DNA of 64,000 nucleotides from Hormiphora californensis. Taxonomy: Eukaryota; Animalia; Ctenophora. Where the stretch lies: contig CM035355.1 in the NCBI GenBank assembly GCA_020137815.1, forward strand, positions 1,364,001 through 1,428,000. Reading direction: 5' to 3'. The notes beneath the pieces are model-generated. The model made no database searches. It was given only the letters and a program-made list of their open reading frames with translations, and was not told the origin of the DNA. Shown here piece after piece: positions 35,301 through 64,000 of the stretch. The position numbers and the translations under genes were made by a program. How positions within the stretch are numbered: the stretch's first letter is position 1; every line of letters begins with the position of its first letter.

Positions 35301-38300
35301 GCAAACAGCTGGTGCCCATCTACGATGAATTGGGTAGGTTAACCACAACGAGTGTTTCGTATTTTCGTAGCAACACTTTTCTAACCTCTCTATCTCTATC
35401 GGATCACGCTCTATCCAGCTCTTCCTTCTGTGCGGGTGCCTTTACCCGGGTCCTCGGAAGTTACATGTGTTGTTTGAAGAGAAATCAAAAAGTCAGGGGT
35501 TTTTGGGTTTATGAAGAAGGATATTTGTTTTTAGGGTACACAAAGAATATCGGTCACAATTCAGAAAGTCCTAAACGGGAACAACCTAAACAGGAACCGG
35601 TGCAACCTTAACGAGAAGTTCTAAACCGGCACAGCTCTCTATCATTTCTCTGTCTTCTATTCTGGCCTGCCCTGTCACGTGACTTTCCAATTTCCAGTGC
35701 TCAGGCATGAATCTGTTTTAACACAATGCTACTATCACAGTAGATGCTGACAATTTCTATCAACTCGAGTAGGGAAATAATCAGCCTCCAAATAACAGAC
35801 TAAGTCGACATCGCACTAGGATAAGGCTTCACACTTAGACAGGTCATATGCTTGACATGTTCCAATCTCTTATGGTGCTTATCACAGTCATGCTTATGAT
35901 CCAAGTATGCCAATGACAACTACACATTCACCCTCTCCTAAAACAACCAGAATAGACCTCTTTCTCCAGGGTTTCATACAAAACACGGGTTACAAACACA
36001 ACCCTAAACGGCCCTAAACTTATTACACACAGTCACAATCACAGTTGACATCACTTTCCGCTATCATTACAATGTATTACCACACAACACACACAACCTG
36101 TTACCGTTTACTCAAACTTACACTCACAGTCACAACTTACTCAACAACTCACAACTCAAGGGCCACTGTCCGCCCACAACGCACAAATCGCGTGCTATTC
36201 TACCTGCTTTTTGAGTGCACTCAAGACAAACCCGACACTCGTAGATAAATCTCCGTAGGTCCAGACCCTGAATCACAACAAGCACTTCCATATCAAGACG
36301 TAAATCTAAGACCAAGGAAATGCCTAGTGGCCACTAGTTGTGAAACAAGTTTCGAACCAACGAAGAGGAACCACGGAGATCAGGCCAAGCTATATTACTG
36401 TCCATTGAACAGCACATTGAACATATCGCCAACATTTACAGGCATCGCCAACATTCACAGGCTAAAACATTTACTCCGATGTCACAACCATCTATTCAGA
36501 TATCACAAACATTTACTCTGATGTAACAACCATATACTGAGACTTTCTACCAGTTACTACATTAACATACAACGACATTTAATCCACTCATGCATGCTGT
36601 AATCTTTACTCAACAAGGCTGTCACATACAAACTGATCGGAAATGCTCCATTAATCAGTTCATGCTACTATTACACATGCTTCCAAATTTCTAAACTTTC
36701 AGCTAGACAGGGCAGACCACTGCACTGCTATACTCATGTCCTATTTTACTATCACATTTAAACACACTCACAACTATCAATCAAACAGTTCGAGAGTTAA
36801 TCATTGTTTTTACTGACAGCACATACCTATATTGTCGCACTCACACTTTCATTACATTTACTTGTTTTATAACAGCTGTAGTTGGTGTATCCGCCTTGAA
36901 ATGTAGCTCCAACCATCCTAGTCAGTTTACTCGAATAGCCATGCTATGTCTCCACTCTCCAGGATGCCGTCCCATGAGCCATGCTCATATTAAACTCAGG
37001 AAGCCACGCTTCAAGTTACGAAAGAAGGTCCAAACCAAATGAGCCATGCCCATATCAGTAAAAACAGCAACCCCCGCGAAGATGCCCTAAAAATCCTTTA
37101 GTCAGGAAACCCCAAAAGAAGTAATGTAGAAAGAATGACCACGTTTCCAATCTCCAACTAATTTTCGTTATCAGATTCAGTTTTTCCTTCGACTGCCATG
37201 ACAGTATAAACCCTACTGTGCTGTCTTGAGCATTTTCTGGATCCACCTGTAGTTGAGAAAACTATGTGTGCTAATCCACGATTTTCATTTCAGCATTGTC
37301 AGAGTTGAAGTAAGTAAATCACCTCCTCAGCTTCTACCAAGCCCACGTGCTCATTTTCCAATACCAGTTAATGTCTTCTCATCTGTCACTGTAGTTCCTC
37401 CGGTTTATCCGGTGCTCCATTAGTGATTACTCCGCACACTTACATGAATTCATGGTTCATCAGAATCAACCGATACTTTTTCTCCACCCTTCATATCCTG
37501 TTGTGGTTAGGGACTTCCTGATTGTATCTCACCACGCCCGACCACCGGTTTCCTATTTATCCCTCCCTTCCAAATCCATCATGAATACGGTATTGGTGAT
37601 TGCCCTCCTATCAGAGTGACACCGCGATCCAGTTTCTTGAAATTAGTACCTCCTTGTACCACCCCATCATTCAACAAGTGCCTCTGCAAGCTTTAGTGGC
37701 GTAGTTTTCAATCGCATTGGACCTATATGCGAAATCGTAAAATCCGTCCACTACTGCATACCCCAGACACCCTCCAATGACCAATACCCGTTTCACTTTT
37801 ATCAGTAATCAGTATCAGTGTAGTAGCATAACCCTTTACTTTCCGGTGTCCCCGCCATTACCCTGTCCAAAAGGGGCTGAGCTGCATCGCTACTGAACTA
37901 GTGGCAATGTCCGCTATAGTCTCCTGACTCCTTGAAGAGCAAATGCCGGACAACAGAATTGTGAAGAATCCATCCCTCACAGCCATACTGGAAAATTACT
38001 TTGCCCCTTGACACCTTATAGTTATTATATGGTGTTGATTGTATCCACCAAACAGAACGATCGAGTCATCTAGATCTGACTTTGTTCGTTTTATTCCACC
38101 TGACCAGAAATACCGGTTGTACGTCAATGTGCACCAATATGCTTGCCTCCAATTATAGTTCCATTATGCCAGCTGGACTGGTTTATCGCACTAAAGATGT
38201 ATTTCGTGCTTATCCAAATCTGTTCAGCACCATTCATGTCACCTCTACGCCCCAATGAGATTACCGTCCGATCCATACCGCATTGCCGTAACCAATAAAC

Positions 38301-41178
38301 TCCCACATACCGGTGCAGCTTATCCAGTGGTTAAAACCCACGTACCATCTGGCATCTACCCGCGATTGCAATTGTCTCATCACATTCAATTTTCCGGGGA
38401 GCAGAATCAGGTCCACCGCCAAGCTTCCATCTCTGGAACTTAGATTCCCACTTTGTATTCACCTTCAGTATGCTGCTTTTCAGGAAATCGTTACCCAGAG
38501 TCCTCCCGTCTATTTTTCACCGAAACTCCACATCTCATATCACCAATCCTCTGGGCTCAGAGGTGATTTGAAATTCCCCATAACAGCTTCCTCCAAGTTA
38601 TTCAAAACACACTGCACTGCAGCTGATACATGAAACGCTATCCATTACCCACTGGTTATCATCGATCCCTGCCATCTCCAAGGTTACAATCAGTTACCCT
38701 CTGCAGCTCTTTGCATCCCATGTTTTTGTATCTATTCTTGATTCAGCTTTCTCCTCTATCTTTCCTTCCAACACAGCCATCAACAATAGATCTCCCCAGT
38801 CCTTTGAGTTCCGCCCCATTCCCAAAAATAACAAGATGCAAGTCCAATCTAGTTTTTCGGATCCGGATTGCCGAAATTTCCTGGTCGATCAGTTGAAGTA
38901 TCACTCGGTGTTTGTTCAGATGCTGCATGCGAATGTCGCGTGATGAGACTGTTCCCACGCATCACTATAATCAAGTCCATAACCCAGACTTTGGTAAAGT
39001 CCATGACCTTGGCCGGTCTGGTAACGATGAGCTTCGTATAAAGAATCGATCTGCTTGTTGCACATTTGGCTGTTCCTCCTTGGTCCCGTATACTCATCCA
39101 GATCACTCGCTGTTGCTCGTAAAACCGTCACTTCCGAACTATCTTGTGCCTTCATTCTCTCTCTCGCTTTGTATGAGAGCTCCAGCGTGGTTCCTTTTCT
39201 CACCAACTCAGTGTACGTCATGTCTTCCTGCTGCTGTATCAGCCAAACTCCAACCTCATCTTTCTCAGCCCCAGCTACCAGTGCATCTTTCAGTACCATC
39301 TCTCTGGTGTTGCGATCATCCATTCTGGGCCATCCTTTACGGGCCAGTATCGAAAGTTCGTTTGCAAATTCTGCCAGTGATTCACCCACCTTCTGCTTTC
39401 TACTCCGCAAAGTGATCCTTGCTTGAAGGGTTTGCTCCTGTGTCAACATTTCAGCCACTTCAGTCACCTTGACCTTGTACTCCTCCCATGTCAGTTCTTC
39501 CAGGTCGAAGTCCGGTATCGCGTGGTCCAACTTATCCAAGGTGTCTTCTGCTAGGTACGTTTGAAAAATACAGATTTTAGTCTGATCCTCCAACTGCTGT
39601 CCATGAGTGTATCCCTCAAACATCCTAATGTACCTCTTCATATCCATATTATTCCAATCGAATATCGGTGGTTTTCGACTGAGTGCAGACAACTGATTTC
39701 GGTTCAGGATCAGCCCTGCGCTAGATCTGCTGTGTTCTAAGTCAGCATCAGAATTTGCTGTCCGAACTCGATCTCTCTCCCGTTTTACTAGTCGTTCCAG
39801 TGCATTGGATTGCTGATCGGTGAGATTCTCAATTTGAAATGCAGTGAGTACGTCTGCGAACATTTCTGCGGCATTGGAAGCAGCAGTAGGGTTAGGAGTA
39901 GGATTATTCTGATTAGCCATGCTATCTCAATAATCGAATTTTCAAACAAAGTCCGTAGTAGATCGTAGAAGGAAATCACGAAGATTAACGATGTAGGTCG
40001 TAGAAGGAAATTTTACAAAGTCCGTATCATATGATACAATTACAATTTTTTTCAAACAAAGTCCGTAGTAGGTCGTAGAAGGAAAATCAAGGATGAACAA
40101 AGTAGATCGTAGAGGGAAAACCGCGATGTTAGTGATGACAAAGTCCCTTCGGGGTCGCCAATTTGTGCGGGTGCCTTTACCCGGGTCCTCGGAAGTTACA
40201 TGTGTTGTTTGAAGAGAAATCAAAAAGTCAGGGGTTTTTGGGTTTATGAAGAAGGATATTTGTTTTTAGGGTACACAAAGAATATCGGTCACAATTCAGA
40301 AAGTCCTAAACGGGAACAACCTAAACAGGAACCGGTGCAACCTTAACGAGAAGTTCTAAACCGGCACAGCTCTCTATCATTTCTCTGTCTTCTATTCTGG
40401 CCTGCCCTGTCACGTGACTTTCCAATTTCCAGTGCTCAGGCATGAATCTGTTTTAACACAATGCTACTATCACAGTAGATGCTGACAATTTCTATCAACT
40501 CGAGTAGGGAAATAATCAGCCTCCAAATAACAGACTAAGTCGACATCGCACTAGGATAAGGCTTCACACTTAGACAGGTCATATGCTTGACATGTTCTAA
40601 TCTCCCATGGTGCTTATCACAGTCATGCTTATGATCCAAGTATGCCAATGACAACTACACACTTCCACATCTAACCTTTCTCTTGTTAGGTGAGAAATAC
40701 AAGGATCACCCTACCATTGTCATTGCCAAGATGGACTCTACCGCTAACGAGGTTGAGGATATCAACATCAGGGGTTTCCCCACCCTCAAATTCTTCCCCA
40801 AGGGAACCGAGAATAAGGTAAGGATACATTCCTCTTTTCCAACATAAGGTCCCACCAAGTGTTTTAGTCTCCTGCTGCCTATAATTCCCCCACCCCTTGT
40901 TATCACCTTCAAGAGGATCTCTGGTCCTTTGTCTCGCCCTACAACACGTCACACTCCTTCTGCACAACCCTATTGTCATTCCATCCTTTGTTAGATCGTC
41001 CTCTCCACCCCCCTCTAACACTTCACCTTACTTCTTCTGTTCCCAATCTAACACAATCACCCCTCCACAGGTTGTCGACTACAACGGTGGCCGAACTTTG
41101 GAGGATTTCGTTTCCTTCCTTGACGGAACTCACGATGAGGCTGCTGAGGACAAGAAGGAAGCCAAGGACGAGCTCTAA
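28132..41178 (+). CDS. P4HB: Protein disulfide isomerase. Exons 28132-28273, 28573-28670, 29203-29302, 31868-32001, 32609-32746, 34168-34278, 34393-34620, 35060-35333, 40690-40817, 41071-41178
   Basis: Signal peptide; two [10 protein letters not shown] thioredoxin sites; [25 protein letters not shown]; C-terminal KDEL. Confidence 0.95.
28894..28986. repeat. (CT)n microsatellite
   Basis: Directly visible. Confidence 0.97.
29701..29938 (+). mobile_element. Diverged Helentron-like copy nested in the TIR element
   Basis: TAACAAGAATTATTGCATTATG..CATAATGC start, GGCAGGGGAAAAA end. Confidence 0.55.
30093..30159 (-). pseudogene. tRNA-Lys(CTT) pseudogene or tRNA-derived SINE head
   Basis: GCTCGGTTAGCTCAGTTGGTAGAGCACGAGACTCTTAATCTCGGGGTCGCGGGTTCGAGCCC: intact A/B boxes and CTT anticodon arm, but no 3' acceptor strand. 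Confidence 0.8.
32781..33683. mobile_element. ~900-bp MITE, TA-flanked, in PDI intron 5
   Basis: TTAGGGTGATCCATA..GATTTGCACTTG / CAAGTGCAAATC..TATGGATCACCCTAA. Confidence 0.85.
35429..40661 (-). mobile_element. Ty3/gypsy-type LTR element, apparently gag-only, in PDI intron 8; LTRs 35429-35926 and 40164-40661
   Basis: 498-bp TG..CA LTRs nearly identical; 4-bp TSD CTTC; PBS TGGCGACCCCG next to the 5' LTR; PPT AGGAGAGGGTGAA next to the 3' LTR. Confidence 0.93.
38916..39920 (-). CDS. Retrotransposon Gag (capsid-like)
   Basis: KPPIFD..., [41 protein letters not shown]; located just downstream of the PBS. Confidence 0.8.
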   Translation of the reverse strand: MANQNNPTPNPTAASNAAEMFADVLTAFQIENLTDQQSNALERLVKRERDRVRTANSDADLEHSRSSAGLILNRNQLSALSRKPPIFDWNNMDMKRYIRMFEGYTHGQQLEDQTKICIFQTYLAEDTLDKLDHAIPDFDLEELTWEEYKVKVTEVAEMLTQEQTLQARITLRSRKQKVGESLAEFANELSILARKGWPRMDDRNTREMVLKDALVAGAEKDEVGVWLIQQQEDMTYTELVRKGTTLELSYKARERMKAQDSSEVTVLRATASDLDEYTGPRRNSQMCNKQIDSLYEAHRYQTGQGHGLYQSLGYGLDYSDAWEQSHHATFACSI

Positions 41179-41689
41179 GCAATTCGTGCTCCTTCATAAA
41201 ATAACCCTTCTTTATATTTTTAATCAACCAGTTTTTTTTGGGTTTTTATGTTGGTACTATAGTTACTCTTGAGTTGAGCTAATTGGAAAGATACTCCTAA
41301 CCCCTACTGAGAAGGGCCGGGTGCCCAGATATATATCCAACCTGACTATCCCCCAGCCAACATTTGAGTGAAAACATATATCGAGTTCTTGTGTGTCAGT
41401 ATGTGGTCCGTCTGTGTGTTGAAACGTTATTATTTATTGTGATTGAATTTGTATAGAATATCGTATGTACGAATTCTTTTCCCTCTAGTACCCACAAATC
41501 TAACGTGTTTCTATTTTATGACAAAAGCAGAAGAGTTCAAACGGTTGTGTAACCAGATGTTAGCAACTGCTTCATTCTATCCGGGTCGTAACTATAGGGA
41601 TCATAGGTTTGAGCTCTTCTGCACTGGTTCCTTCAAAGTGGTCAGAATAAGTTCAGGCTGTCGGCGTGCCAACAATCTGAGAATGAGGG

Positions 41690-42000
41690 CACTGGAGAAC
41701 CGACAAATTCAGATCGGGTCGGCGCCGCCTGACATATTCAGATCCGGTCGGCGCCGCCAGACAGCTTCAGATTGGGTCGGCGCCGCCAGACAGATTCAGA
41801 TCGGGTCGGCGCTGCCAGACAGATTCTGATCCGGTCGGCGCCGCCAGATAGATTGAGATTGGGTCGGCGCAGGGCGCTGCCACTGCCAGACAGATTTAGA
41901 TATCGGGTCGGCGCCGCCAGACAGATTCAGATCGGGTCGGCGCCGCCAGACAGCTTCAGATTGGGTCGGCGCCGCCAGACAGATTCAGATCGGGTCGGTT
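41690..42000. repeat. Degenerate ~29-bp tandem array CAGATCGGGTCGGCGCCGCCAGACAGATT; related motifs near 42700, 44000 and 60120-60190
   Basis: Directly visible, about 10 units. Confidence 0.85.
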
Positions 42001-42212
42001 GGATTTGGTTGTTGAGTGTTAACCCTTTTTGCACCAGACCGGCTGTCTGGCGATGATGTTCTGGGTTGGAAATACTGGGTGCCATGCAAACATGCTGCTG
42101 TCTGGCGCTGTGAACCCCATCTGAGCGCACTGTCGGGGTCGGGCGCTGCCAAACTGCCATTTTGTCACGCTCATTTTTTTCTGCCAATCCCATACCTCGC
42201 CCCAGAAGTGAC

Positions 42213-42281
42213 TTGTTGAGTAAGGGGGAAGAGTCTGAGAGGTCTCACACTCTTCCCCCTTACTCCCCCCTTACTCAACAA
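42213..42281. mobile_element. 69-bp mini-MITE with 16-bp TIR and 8-bp TSD
   Basis: GAAGTGAC|TTGTTGAGTAAGGGGG...CCCCCTTACTCAACAA|GAAGTGAC. Confidence 0.75.
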
Positions 42282-42780
42282 GAAGTGACGACGCGACAAA
42301 TTGAAACTCGAACAATTTTGTTGTAGTGAAAATGAAATGTAATAAAAAATTCCCAAATATTATTCTCTAAACTGAAACACTCGCTGAAAAAAATAACCTC
42401 GAGAAAACAATCCTCTTTTTTCAACGTAAACCAAAAACAGAAAACAATATGAATATCCACATAACTAACAGATTTTTCCTTAACTTTTATTATATAAGTT
42501 TATTATAAAACAAGTCTGTGAAAATAATTTACTGGGGATAAACGGCTTTATATTACTAAAAAGTAAGGGGAGTTTAGTCACAAAAGTTGCACCATTGCTA
42601 CACTCAGAGACTGCACGAGAAAGGGTCTACCAGACAGACCATTTAGTACAGACAATACAGTGACTGGGTACTATTATATCAATCTGGCGGAGCTGACCCG
42701 ATCTGAGCACACTGCTATCAAAACAGAATCGGCACCACCAGACATTCAGGATCTTGATATAACTCTTGTTAGTTATCAAA

Positions 42781-63049
<20,269 letters not shown>

Positions 63050-64000
63050 CAACCTAGAAGGGGAGGGAGGGGAGATGAGCGGGGGGGGGGGGGGGTAGGA
63101 GAGAGAGGGAGACGGGAGTGTAGAGTTGAGCAGGGGCCTGGAGAGAGAGGGAGGGAGAGGGATGGAGGAAGATAGAGAGGAGTTGAGCTATAAATGGAGG
63201 GAGGCAGATACATTGGGAAAAGTGGGGGCTTGGAGAGTTGGATAAAATGGGAGAGATCCGAGAGATAGAAATGGTTCAGAGAGATTGAGGGAGTTGACTG
63301 AGCGTGAGGTTAGGAAGGGTTTAGTGGTTAAGCGAAAACAGAAACCACATTGTATTTAATCCATAATCAGCGAATCTTTCTCATTCATCAGAGAGAATAA
63401 TATAATAACACATCCCGTTTTGTTTTAACCATCCAATTTCTTACACATATATTTACATTTTAAAACTTTTAATCGTCTTTCTATTTCCCACGCTCTCTCT
63501 CCATACAATTATTGTGACGTCATTACGTGTGGTGTACATTTGTAGTGCACGATCCTAAAACAGGGTACCAAACAATAGTACCAAACATACATTGTGTACT
63601 AAAATGAGTACTTATATCTTGTACATACACAGTTAAAATGTATCAAACTTCATACAATGATAATATAGTGTTTGATCATGAATCTATCTTTATCATACAT
63701 CACACCTTATCACACACACGCTCAGTGCAGCGGATAGCAGCATTATAATGGTGTAACATGTTTTCTCACACGAACATGCATACAATTAACACACAGAGAG
63801 TCCTAACATTATATTTCCTAACATTTCACACCAGTGATTCAAAGTCGTCCAGAGCGTCCCGTGAGGAGGGTTCTAGTGTGGGTGTAAGGGAGAACCCACC
63901 CACTACAATGCACTCAGTTTCTGGTAAGGGCGGGAGGGAGGTGGAGGTGGTTTATAGTGTGATGAACTGCTGTGGTAGGGCGAGGAGGACGAGGAGGAAG

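Noticed and set aside
41443-42193. ORFs with QIGSAPPD repeats
   Set aside because: Derived from the tandem DNA motif; no other coding evidence

Overview
Intron-rich animal genomic DNA. Protein families and repeat content resemble a ctenophore, but this is an inference. Genes: (1) the 3' end of a trypsin-like serine protease gene whose last protease exon can splice to an LDLa exon and two alternative GPI-signal exons; (2) an antisense F-type-lectin-like surface protein gene nested in its intron, with a MITE inserted in the signal-peptide exon; (3) a MATE/SLC47 transporter; (4) two intronless BTB genes; (5) an intronless p24/TMED gene followed about 240 bp later by a 10-exon PDI (P4HB); (6) a minus-strand CH-CH actin-binding/spectrin-like gene with an LDLa-rich, LRR-less GRL101-like GPCR nested in one intron. 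Mobile DNA: a full-length CR1/L2-like LINE whose ORF2 appears reachable only through a GGGUUUU -1 frameshift, a truncated LINE, a young gag-only LTR element inside PDI, Helentron-like dispersed elements, and many MITEs with readable TIRs/TSDs. Several ORFs carry single-base insertions that may be assembly errors. Exon boundaries were read by eye.
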